Assembly (NCBI GenBank): GCA_000320545.1
Contig: ADNK01000513.1
Location: forward strand, 1 to 64,000
Reading direction: 5' to 3'
DNA from: Bigelowiella natans CCMP2755
Taxonomy: Eukaryota; Protista; Cercozoa
Length of the DNA: 64,000 nucleotides
Positions within the stretch are counted from its first letter, which is position 1. The number at the start of each line of letters is the position of its first letter. This document shows positions 26,368-38,060 of the stretch, in pieces. The translations under genes and the position numbers were made by a program. Under the pieces are notes generated by a model that saw only the letters and a program-made list of their open reading frames with translations, was not told the origin of the DNA and searched no databases.

Positions 26368-27323
26368 TTAAGATTCTCGGGACAGCAGCAAATCTTCTGT
26401 TGCTACTGGAAAAGGTATTGGCTCTCCCATTATTGAGGAAGCAGACGTAGAGAATAACGATCTTAATACAGCCGGGATTCTCAATGAACTTTCCTCGACG
26501 TCTGTAATCTCGTGCTTCCTTACGTGTCCTCGACCATCCAATTCAAATACGGAGAGAAGGTCTATCCTGATGGGGGCGCTCTGCATGAATAACCGCGGAT
26601 ACGCTGTTATGGACCACCGGCATCGAATGTAGCGCGCCATGGGATCAACATCCTTCCGTATTTTACATTGCGAAACTTCTACCCATCCCAAGGCTAACTT
26701 TGATGTCCACCGTAACCGCTCAAACCAAGTCTAGAAAATATTTACGGTCAGTTTCTGCAAGGAAGATGGATTTGGAACGAAGTATGAAGATTAAACAATG
26801 TTGAACCTTGTAGGATTGCTTTCCAAGGACCTCGATGTCCATGCCAATTCTTTCAAACTCAAGTTTCAATTGAACGTCATCCCGAAACAGTTCCAGAGAA
26901 GGCCCAACATCAACAATTCGAGGAATTTCATATTGAATAGAATCGATCAAGCGCCCTTTATTGAGAAGGAATTCTTCTTCTTTATTTTTCTGTTTACACC
27001 TGATTGAGTAGTATTATATAAGCTTGCCTGTTTCAAATTTCATGTACCCTTCTTTTTATTGTCTTCCTTTTCGTTTGTAAAAGTGGTTACCTTCTTCTCA
27101 CCGCAGTAGGATCAGCTACTTCAACATCCATGACTTTCATGACATCGGAATATTCTTTGCTACTACTTGGGATTGGAAGTCTTGTAGAATGACGGAGAAA
27201 GGGTAAACGGCTCGCTACTTTTGTGCTTGACCTTCTACTTATCGTTGACCGGTAAGAAGTCGAAGCCACAATATGCACTGCAAACCCTTGGAAGAATATT
27301 ATCCCGAGAAGAAATGTCAACAT
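26368..27323 (-). CDS. DUF2358 (SnoaL/NTF2-like) protein with a putative bipartite plastid-targeting leader
   Basis: Spliced core NKGRLIDSIQYEIPRI..ELFRDDVQL..GKQSYKTWFERLRW..IRCRWSITAYPRLF..SVFELDGRGHVRKHEI matches the plant DUF2358 pattern. N-terminus is MLTFLLGIIFFQGFAVHIVA followed by an S/R/T-rich segment. Confidence 0.7.
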
Positions 27324-27955
27324 TTTGACTCAGCCACCTCTTCAACACCGAGATTCGAGGATGATGAGAGGAATCCGAGTAGGGTGGGGGTGGGAGGCTT
27401 TTTCTATTTTAAGATTCAAGGTGGAGCAGCCGAACTCAGTACCATATTAATAGTAAAATGCGTCATCATTCTTTTCATGACGTAATTAAAAATGACAGAT
27501 ATTTTGGTATTATTTTCGAGATGATACGTACTATTCGAATTTTGGACATTATACTCATAGTCTCCTTTGACTTTGTTCACGTTATGTCGAAGGTGGACAC
27601 GATTGGGCTTTACTTATGAACGACAGAATATTTTCCATATTTCTTATATGAAAACAGAGGGGGTTCTTTCTCTTAAGGTTGTCGTTGCTGGCAGTGTGTT
27701 TGCTACTTTTGCGTTCTCTTTTTTCGGTGTAGTCCGCATGTTTTTCCAATCACATTTTATATTTTGAACCTCCATTTTAATGTCGGAGGATCGGCGATAT
27801 TAACTTCTCGTAGTCTAAATGCCGCGCAAATTAATTTAGCGGCTGTCTTACTTCCAAAACGTATTCTTCATTCATGATGACTTTTTACATGCGACAACAT
27901 GATATCTAAGTCATAGAGTGTTTTTTATATAAGTTTAAACGACAACCTCATCTTC

Positions 27956-29502
27956 ATGTCGCAGTTAGAAATTGTGGGGCAGGATTTGGAGATACATCCC
28001 AGTGAGGATGCTCTCCACAGGTGCGTGCTCGTACCTTATACGTGTTCTGCCGTTTGAAGACTACTGTTGCAGATTCTTTGGTTACGTTCTTCCATTTGGT
28101 TGCTTGATAGGTATCGTTCTTGCAGTTTTGGCCATCTCTCTCGTACTCACAGCGTTGGCACTCGTGGGTAAGATATTGGTTTCGCGTAGCAATGACAGGT
28201 ACAAGTTTGTTATTCCGATGTCCGGGCCCGAATCTGCACGCATTATCACTCACTCCATTATTTCCTTCAGGTTTGTCAGAGTCAGAAATCTCTATGTATA
28301 CCCCGTAAAATCGTGCGGAGCCACCGAACTCAAAGAAGCAGAAATCACACGGCTGGGGTAGCTTCTTAATTCTCATGAGTCACGTGAATCAGAGAGAGAG
28401 GCATCAATGTTGCGACACAGGTTGAAGTGGGATCGATCCTTCGTTGTGGCAGACTCGAAAAGTAATCCCTAAAAGATTGAAGAAGAACGCTATTATTTGA
28501 TTATAGTCGTATTGCTGCATCACCAAGACTCAGTAGTCTGTTTCTTGCAAAGGTAATGAGATGGTAAGCCAGAGGAAATACCCGAAGATGGCATTAATTC
28601 AGGTCACCACCCATATAGTAGAGCATGACTATGGAAGGATGTTGTCCTGATCAATATTTGTTTGGATTGCTTCATATCCAACACCTGACAGCCTACGGTA
28701 GAAGAAAAGGACGGAACAATAACGCTGACATTGAGTTATCCTGGGCAATCCCCGGTCGCGATTTACACTTAATTTCTTATTCTTCTAATGACATATGTCA
28801 GCAACATGTGGCTTCGCTTCCAAACAGTTCTCCGTGAACATTACATTTAATAGTCAGTGAAATGTCCTGCATTTGTGCTTCCTAATGTATCGTTCGATAT
28901 GACCGAGTTCTATTCTCTTCTCTCACCACGCGCCCTACCACTCCCAGCACGAGGAAAAGCTTACCAAAGCTGATATCTCCAGCATGCCAAAAGTTGAAGT
29001 TAAGGTCGGGTGCTCGAGTTGCACACATGCGGAGAAGATCGTTTGCTCTATAAATCTTATCTCCCAAAACAACGACGACTTATCGAGAGAACGACGACAT
29101 GACGAGGAAGAGATGGGATTTTGTATTCGAATTCGAATATAACATTTTGAATTTCGTTTGAATAGAATTGTTACTTATTTGTTCCTTCATATCTTCCTGG
29201 GTCCTAACAACTCAAACATGGTAGGTCTGGAAAGATGTTATATCAGCGGTGCGATGCAGTTCTGAAGCCGCCCAGTGGTATTTGTCTTTCTTTTTCATTT
29301 TAAAAGTTTCTTACTATTCCTCTTCATCTCATCCTGTGTCAATATCTATTTCTTCTTCTTCTTCTTCTTCTTCTTCTTCTTCTTCTTCTTCTTCTTCTTC
29401 TTCTTCATTCTAGGCTCACAAAGGTGATAGGGGTTGAGTGCTACCTCGTCTCGGTATGTTAACCAGCACGTTACGCATATTTATGCCATGATTACTCTCT
29501 CG

Positions 29503-29575
<73 letters not shown>

Positions 29576-29725
29576 CCGCGCGCGGCATGCTTGCATGTTC
29601 GTTTGTGCGTATTTTTGATCGTCCTCTTGGTTGGTAGAGCTTGGGCGAACAAGCTCACTGGCGACCTGCGGCAGATGGATACAAGGTGTGAGCATAGAAT
29701 TAACAAAAGATATGATGATGATGAC

Positions 29726-29761
<36 letters not shown>

Positions 29762-29885
29762 CACAAGGTGTGAGCAGTGGTGGTGGTGGTGAGTTATGAG
29801 CAATGATACCCGATCAACTCACAGCCTAAAGCAATATATTGCGTGATTTGCATTCAGAATAAAAAAATACAAAAATTACCCAAAC

Positions 29886-29931
<46 letters not shown>

Positions 29932-30374
29932 TTAAATTTATTTATTAAAATAGTGAGAGAGAGCCAGAGAGAGAGAGAGAAAGAGATAGAGAGTGGTGTA
30001 TAGATTTTAACATAATAACAAAGTTGGTATATTCATTACTATGTAAAGAATAATGCAATTAGAGCCGAAAACAATTAATGGAACAGAAGTAGAGCGTATA
30101 GAGTATCATATCACCTCTTTCCTACTCTTCTCCATCCTCTTACGTGTGTGTGTGTGTACTTGCTCCACATCCTTTTCCCTTGTTGTCAAGACTCATGAGG
30201 GAGATCAAGCAGGGGCGTTTTCGGATGGATTTCCGTTCCTCCTCGCTTCTCAGGTTCAAGTGTTGTTGTTCAGATGCATCGACAGCCTCCTCTTCGCTTG
30301 CATACACAAGTATTGTTGTAAACGGGAAGTATGTCAACGCAATATAGTAAGATATAAAGACAAGTAAATAGAGT

Positions 30375-30410
<36 letters not shown>

Positions 30411-31949
30411 GTGTATACACAAAGGTAAATGCTTTTCCACATCTTTTCGTCGTGTTGGTGTTTGTTTGTATGATTTATATTCACGTGCACCCCACGCTCG
30501 GACACACGCTTCTTCGTTACAGGAAAGCTTGGACGCTTTGAATGCGAAATTGAAGTAAGGCAGTCACCGCCGTCGTTGTCGTAGTATTAGAAAACATAGT
30601 TTTTGGGTTCGAAGCATCTTTACTACTACATTTCCCGCTTTTCGCCCTTATCTTCCTCACGTTATTTCAAAGAAAAAGCTATTGCTTGTGGTTTAATTCG
30701 TTATCGTTCATCGTTCCATTTTAAAAAACTTGCTACTACTACTACTACTACTACTACTGCTACTCTACTACAATAACATCCCATTTGTCGTTCGTCACAA
30801 AGGATGAAGGGCGAGTCAGTCGTGCCAATGGATCGATTCAGGCCCAATATTGTTGTCAAAAGTAAGTCACGAAACTACTGAAAGAGTTGTTTCAGCGTGC
30901 ATGAAACTCTGCAGACGATGATTATAATTATGATTATTTTTATTTTGATGCAGCACAAAATATTGTACAAAAATGTAATTTCTCAGTGATTTTCTCATTC
31001 CCCCCCCCCCCCTTGCCCTGAAAGATGTGAGCGAGCCTTTCGCCGAAGATTATTGGGCCCAGGTATTACTTGCACGCGCCACATAACAACGCTGTTGTGT
31101 GTTTGCTTTCAGGCGATAATCACATGATAATAGAACCCCACTTTAATCCTTAAAAAACGATCCAATTTACCTAGTCACAAAGCAGATGGCTGCGGTGATC
31201 GCGTCTTCTTTAATTTCATCATGTTTTTATTTCATCCTCATTCTCCTCACTGGTTTTGTTTTTGATGTGCCTTGTTCATCATTCCTGTGCTCTGCTATCA
31301 TAATACACTAGATTCAGATCGGGGCCAGTACCATCTTTCGGGTTGCAAAGCCTTGCTCACGGTGAGCAAGATGTAGTATCATCATGCCGTCTCTTATTTC
31401 TACAATGCAAGGGGAGACAGAGTAAAGAGGGGGGGATGGATGGGCTTCTATAATCTTAATAATTAAGAGACAATAATATGCTCACCGACATATCATCGTA
31501 CACTTTCCTCCCACCCTCCGTGCTCGGTGCAAGTGCTGGTAGTGGTTATGCGACGTACTTTAAACGCAAACGATCGACGGGGATGAGAATAATGACGACG
31601 ATGATGATGGATGATAATGAGGGAACAATCAATTGCAACCACGAATAGGTGTAGCATGCCCACTGTCGATCAGAAAATCGGACAACGCCATCCGAAAAAC
31701 GAGCCATCGCGGACACTCAAGTAGCTGTTCCTTTCTTCTTTCTTAGTCATGATGTACGGTTCGAAGAATGATGATCCATATCCTCCAGCATTTAATATTT
31801 GCCGGCGTCATCGTCCCTTTCTGCTCCCGCTAAATCGTTACCTGCCTTACAGGACTTTCAGGATGTTTCGCTGGGTCAAATCAACGAAGGTTTTGAGGCT
31901 GCCTGCTGCTACTTCGAGCGCATGCGTGTGAAAATATGCAAGCATGTGC

Positions 31950-31987
<38 letters not shown>

Positions 31988-32438
31988 CAGTCCTGCTCAG
32001 TCTTTATAATATGCAGGAGGAGGTTTACTTTGGTCAAAATCTCATTTGTGCAAAGAAAACTGGAAGGTTTCCACGTTAACCTTCTCTGCTTAGCATTAGC
32101 GTATGATGAATGTAGAGACCAGAATGTGATGATTCTTAACGGATTTCCACGAAATTTGCTTGTCGCCTTCATACTTGGCAATGCCAAACACTAGTACTGC
32201 CGTGGTTGCTGCTTTTCTACCACTAGCATAGCCACTAACTACTACGCACTACTACACCACCACCGCACTTTTTTTATTTGCTATTTGCATGGTTCATTGG
32301 TTTTTCCTCTCTCTCTTGATCCATGTTAGGATCCGAGTCGATGACCCTGTCAAAGTGCGTTGTGTTGCCAGTGGTGTGGGTAGGCAGAATAGCATCATGA
32401 CACAAATCATGGTTACGGTTGCTGAGAAATTACTCTGA
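27956..32438 (+). CDS. MOSC-domain protein (mARC/YcbX-like) with N-terminal membrane anchor; about 18 exons
   Basis: Hand-spliced motifs: VRNLYVYPVKSCG, GLKWDRSFVV, MVSQRKYPKMALI, VWKDVISA, FSDGFPFLLASQESLDALN, MDRFRPNIVV, PFAEDYW, VAKPCSRCSMPTVDQ, EPSRTLK, VYFGQNL, GRIRVDDPV. All junction phases are consistent. Confidence 0.9.
29349..29406 (+). repeat. (CTT)n microsatellite acting as the polypyrimidine tract of a MOSC intron
   Basis: Perfect CTT run immediately upstream of the TAG acceptor near 29413. Confidence 0.9.
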
Positions 32439-32439
32439 T

Positions 32440-33075
32440 GCATGGCTTACAATCAAGCCGCTCCAACCGATCTTGCATCAGGCTAGAAACGGCATTACTG
32501 TATATGTGCTTAACGTTTCTCGTATCACAAGAACTACGCAGTACTGCACAAGCAGCAACCATGCAATCTAGCAATGCATGCAGCATCAGTGTGATATCAG
32601 AGTCGCGACAACTAGATACATTTGCGCCCAGACGTTAGGCAGCCACCACTAGACCAGCACAGACATGCGCTGGAGCGTTTCGTGTGTGGTAGCAGCATGC
32701 TAGCATGCATGTACATGTAGTATTTAGATCTATATATAGCTGTGCGCACATCTAGACAATGGCTAGATGAATGTCGCCGGCTTCGTTGTAGATCATGTTG
32801 AATGACTGATACATCTGCCTACTATTTATAGCTTCATGCAGAATATAAGAAGCACTACATCGCTACCATCAACAACAACGCCTCTTAGAAAATGTCACAG
32901 GTACGTGAAGGTTCCAGTCCTTTTCACTGTGTGGGCTTTACATTGCATGGACGTGAGATCTTCCCCTGCATGCTTACTTCTGATTGAATGAGGGTTTGAC
33001 ACCGTAGTGTGCATGGCATTTAAGATTCTAGAGATTGGGCATTCGAATGTGGAGCGACAAGCTAGCTTGCTCGAC
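32440..33075. repeat. CTAG/TGCA-rich tract between the convergent MOSC and TMX genes
   Basis: Contains gcatgctagcatgcatgtacatg and cacatctagaca (~32747); the latter recurs in other tracts. Confidence 0.55.
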
Positions 33076-33082
33076 CTAGTTT

Positions 33083-34400
33083 CTATTTTTTCTTCTTGTT
33101 CCTTTTCTTGATTCTCTTGTCGTCATCGTGCTGGTCGTCTTGTTGTCTGGTATTTTTCTTCTTGGGAGACTTCTTTTTCTTCTTTTTTTTCTTTCCACAG
33201 TGCCTAGGTGTGAGTGCAGATAAAATGACAACAGTACATATTTATCACCTTCCACCTTCAATTAAAGCCAACTACACACGTACTTGTTCCAAACGGTTTC
33301 TTCAAAAGTCTTTCCCGTGACGTAAAGCACACCGAACCATAAGATCCTAATGGAGATTAGGTAATATCCACATGCTCTACACCACGAAGATCGGGAATAC
33401 CACGTAAATTTATACCTTGCAGGCATCTCAGCGAGTCCTTGTTTCATTAGAAATCCCACTGGCCAGAAGAATACAAATCCTGCGATGTACTCGAGCACAG
33501 GCCCTTGAAAGAGGGGAAGTGTGCTAAGTTTTCAAACAATATTATTCAATTAAAAAATAAACCTATGATCTCTTCGATGATGTCCTTTGGTTTCGGGACT
33601 GGCTTGAAGGACTCCCCACTGGCGTGCGACTGGGCGAAGTTCTTAACCCATTTTTTGGAAAACCTTTTTGTTTACGACGACGACGTCGTGACGAGAGGGA
33701 TCAACTCTTTCACCTTTAAAATCCAAAAGACTGTTCTTACGTCCTACTGCGATATTTTGCGTAATGAGCTTGCTCGATGAAGATGAGGGTCGGGGCTTCT
33801 GACTCACGTACCTGCAGATTTACATTGTTAGGATATTTCTACTATTATTTCAATGTTCATTCAGGACCGAGAATCGCTCCAATAAGTCGGCATTTAATGG
33901 ATTCTCGATGTCTACTGACGCAAATACGAGGCCTTTGCTTGTACGCTTGAGCTCGTTCGATAGGTCACTCATGATGCCTGGTGGATTATTAAGAGTTGAG
34001 TCTTCGAATAGGTACTTAGTGAAAAGCGTATCGCCTACCTTCCAGTTTCTGGCAGCGTGGACTTTTATTACAAAATGATACCACCCAATATCCACTATAT
34101 TCGCCTCTGGAAGCCTGTTTTAGTGTTGTTGTCTTTAAATCCCTTTACTTTCGAGCCATTGCTTCGCTAATGTCCGACGAAAAGCACTCACACACGTAGT
34201 ACCTGAGTTTTTGATTCGAAGTTGTTATTGTCCAACTTGATAACTTTTCCCTGTGCAGGCCTAGATATTCCCGCAATTATGAAAAAGAGAAGCCACGATG
34301 TCGGGCCAAAGCATCTTCCACGCTGTCGGGTTGTGAAGGCTCTCCAGGAAACAAGAGATGAATGCGATTCCATTCTGTCACTGACCAAATGCTGCCCCAT
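33083..34400 (-). CDS. TMX-like ER membrane thioredoxin-fold protein with a non-canonical active site
   Basis: Signal-like segment, then KVIKLDNNNFESKTQASRGEYSGYWVVSFCNKSPRCQKLE, FASVDI..LLERFSV..PTLIFI, C-terminal hydrophobic segments and a KKRNKKKK* di-lysine-type tail. The start codon is uncertain. Confidence 0.75.
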
Positions 34401-35073
34401 ATTTGAACAAATTAGTGCATATATCTATATGTTAGTGTAGATGTGAAGCTTATGTATCTAAACATAACATCTCTCCTTAGTTTCCTCCTCCAACCATGAA
34501 GAAGCGATATCAAAATGGCAGGGTGTGAGATTTGCAACGCTCGAGGCCCATGCGGGCGTGCCCCACGCGTGAGCACGGTGCATTGCTTTCTCTCGGATCA
34601 TCACAATGTGATCCATACTTTTTACGTCGGGAAGTTCGAAAATACGTCGAAAACGGGCGCGCGCGTACATGTGCTGGCGGAGGAAAGTGGCAAGCCAGCT
34701 TGAGGGGGGCAAGCGGAACTGAATTGGAGTGCAAGGAGGCTGGTGGGCTAGGCACTTTTCCCGATTATTGCCGTAATATGGCATGTCGCACATGGAAAAC
34801 TGCATTGATTTATGATTTCTTGACGACCATCCCAGGATCCTTTTCAATTGCACCGTGAGAACACACGATGGAACCTTCATTCATTTCATTGAAATCACAT
34901 CATTTGTTTGTTCATTCTGTTCATGATGAAGGTCGGAGGAAGACAGCTCGAAGTAGTTGTGGAAGGAGAAGATGGACGACCAATCTGAGCAATGCGTCCA
35001 CACACGAGCCAGCGAGGCTGCGATGCTTTGTGTGTTTTTCACCACATGCACGTCACGTTTTCATTTGAGCTCT

Positions 35074-35138
<65 letters not shown>

Positions 35139-35199
35139 TGTGTTCGCCAATTGAAACTTCTGCTGGCTTGGCGGTTCGATCTGTGCACGCACAACGCCA

Positions 35200-35900
35200 G
35201 AACGTGACGTCAGCAATGAACACCACTGCTGCGACTGGACTGGACCACACCAGCACAGCATGCGTGCGAAAATGAAACAAGTGGCACAGCCCAAAGGGCT
35301 CTGCCTGTCGCGCACTACAACCACATGTGATGCCAAGAACGTCTAGACGTGTGCTGTGAAACTGCACGTGCTGGCGTGTTCGATTCGTGCGTGCGTGCAT
35401 GTGCGGCATCGCTAGATCGCATGCTTGCATTGGCGGCCCAAATGAAGCTAGCAAAGGGCTCTCTGCTTATCAAGCTAGCAAGTGCCACGGCACCAGCAGC
35501 TAGCCAGGGCATGCCACAGCTAGCCATGCCACCTGCGATGCACACCGCAGATCTGGCATGGCTAGCTAGCTAGCTAGCTAGTGGTGCATGCGCACGTGCT
35601 AGCAGCGTGCTAGCAGCGTGCTAGCGTGTCCAAATGATGCGATGTCTCACCTAGCTGCAGCTACAAAGACACATCTAGATCATCACGGGGATGCTAGGCG
35701 GATGCTGCACGCACATGCGTCTACACATGCTAGCATGTCTAGATGTCATCCCAGCATCACTGAGCACTTCTAGACTACATCGTTATTAATTCGTGCATGA
35801 TACGATGCGCTAGTGCTGAGCGTCTAGACGTGTGCCGCGCTAGCGCGCGACAGCTGTGCAATTCGATCGTGGGCATTGTGCACTAGTGCATGTCGAGATT
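35200..35900. repeat. CTAG-rich degenerate tract 3' of coronin
   Basis: (GCTA)5 at ~35561-35582, tandem cgtgctagcag copies, many tctaga/gctagc. CG is still common while CC/GG is sparse. Confidence 0.7.
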
Positions 35901-36151
35901 GTTTCATGTGTCCCGATAAATTCGAATTCGATTCGATTGAGTAACATGTGATCAACAAGACTCAAGAATCAACGTTGATAACTAATCAACATAAGGCCTT
36001 TTTGTATTCATACTACAGTTTTGCCTATACCCTGTACCGCACGTTTACAGGAGACAGGAGTACGATATCTTTATTACTTCACAGCTATGATAAGAATCAC
36101 GAATGAATTGCCACATCTCTGAATCTATTGATGCTGCAAATGCTTATTGAA

Positions 36152-37589
36152 TTACTTGGAAAGCTCCGCAACCTTAGCTTCAAGTGCCTTAATCTTCTCC
36201 TTAAGCTCCTTGTTCTCAGCAATGAGATCAGCCTTAGTTTGGATTTTCACACCTCCAACTGTCGCGTCTTGATTTTTGGGATCCATTGAGCGGGTAACAG
36301 GTGCTTTATTCTCACCTGAAAGCCACTCAGCCCCAGCAAGCGAAGGTACTCCAGCATAAGCAGCAGGATAGAGGTCCTTCGCGAAAAGCTGCGATTTACG
36401 TGGAACGATGAAATCTACAGGCTGAATTTTATCACGGAAGAGCAGCAACGACTTTGCGATCATGCACTTCTTCCATTCGCACATGAGCTTAGGAAGAAAA
36501 TAGAAGCCCTTGATGCCCGTTCCAATGTTATGAAGCGAAAGCTTATGCCTGAGTGACGAGTCACATCAATGTTCGAGTCAAATCAGTTGTTACTAAGTAA
36601 TCTACAGATTTTCACTTACATGTCGCCCTTGGAATTGAGCTCGAAGTACTTAATTTGTGATCCACCCTTGCATCCAATGTATAGCATCTTTGTGTCAGGA
36701 TCGTAGTTGCAGAGCATCATACCAGCGGAATCATCAACTTCAAACTCAGTGATTGGCTCGCTCAACTTCTTCAAATCGTACAGGTGGTATTCGTGGCATC
36801 CCATTTTGGATCCACCAACACCGAAAAGTCCGACGTTGTCATGGAAAATATTTTTTGCATTAGTGAAATCTTGCTTGAAATTAAAAGCTGCCTTGTCGGA
36901 TCGAGGGTCCCAAATGACCGACCTTTTGTTAGAGCAAGCAGTTGCAGCCAAGCTACCATCACTATTAAATTCGAGGCAGGTCGCAACACCGCCAACGTCA
37001 AATTCCTTCGCTTCCTTGCTTTCTTCAACGTCCCAAATTTTGACAACACCATCATGTGAGGCACTCCCAAGAATACCCTGCGCGCAAGGGTGCCACTTGA
37101 CAAAGTCTACCTTCTTTTGGTGACCTACATACGGTACAATAATTCTCAAGGCACAGATCTCACTTTAAATCTCGATGCATCTTAGATATCTCTCCCTCAA
37201 TGATGATTACCTTCGAGTAAAAGTGAGGATGTAGGTTCACCCTTAAAAGTAGATGGATCATCAGGAAGCACAGAAACACCGACCATGCAGTCTTCCGAGG
37301 CTGTCGCAACAACTTTGGAGTCAAAATTGCTGAAAGCAAAGTCTTGCACTTTCGAGGTATGAACGTTCAACTTGGCAGCCCCCATTCCAATACGGCCAGT
37401 CTTTCCGTAGGGCATTACAGAGCATGGACCTCCACCTCCAGCTGTGGAGTGAATTATGTACTTGTCACTTGCGGCAAGGTGGTTTCCATCACCGTAGGTA
37501 GCAAGTTTAATATCGAAGTAAGTATTTTCCTTCTTTGCACCCTGTCCGAAAACGTGGCGGAAGTGGGATTTGCGTACAAAACGTGACAT
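36152..37589 (-). CDS. Coronin (short type, 3 exons)
   Basis: MSRFVRKSHFRHVFG start, GGG motif, WD40s (ATASEDC, LEGHQKKVDFVKWHP, SASHDGVVKIWD), YDPDTKMLY, IVPRKSQLFAKDLYP and a C-terminal coiled coil. Introns 37125-37210 and 36549-36619. Confidence 0.96.
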
Positions 37590-38060
37590 TATTTCGTGCG
37601 AGCAGGCCTAGAGGAAGATTCGTGTTCCTTTTCTTGATCTTCCTGGTGGAGGGTGGTTTGTATCAGACTGATTTGTTTCAGGATACGATCTTATTTAGAA
37701 TTTTAAAGGGCGATAAGGATGTAACATATTTTGTATTGAAGACAAGAACAAAACTAGGTATTTTATCAAATATAAAATTTATGAAAACCGTATTTAGACA
37801 CTTTTTATCTGGAAATTTATATATCTTGTGAGAGTCTTGCGTGTGCAATCCGAGATGATTTAGCAGATACTCACTTAAAAAAGGCCGAGGAGGTGATAGT
37901 ATTACCATAAACAGACTCAATTTCAAGTAGAACAGACGAATACCGGTATTGAATCTGCAAACCGGCTTTAGAACATTTTTGAAAGCCGAGATATTTGCTT
38001 CAAGAAATTTTTGGATTTGTCGTTCTCGGTTTATCCCGATCAGATTTTGGCGCAAAATCC

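Noticed and set aside
29123-29138. 16-bp palindrome tattcgaattcgaata
   Set aside because: Single intronic occurrence with no supporting context.
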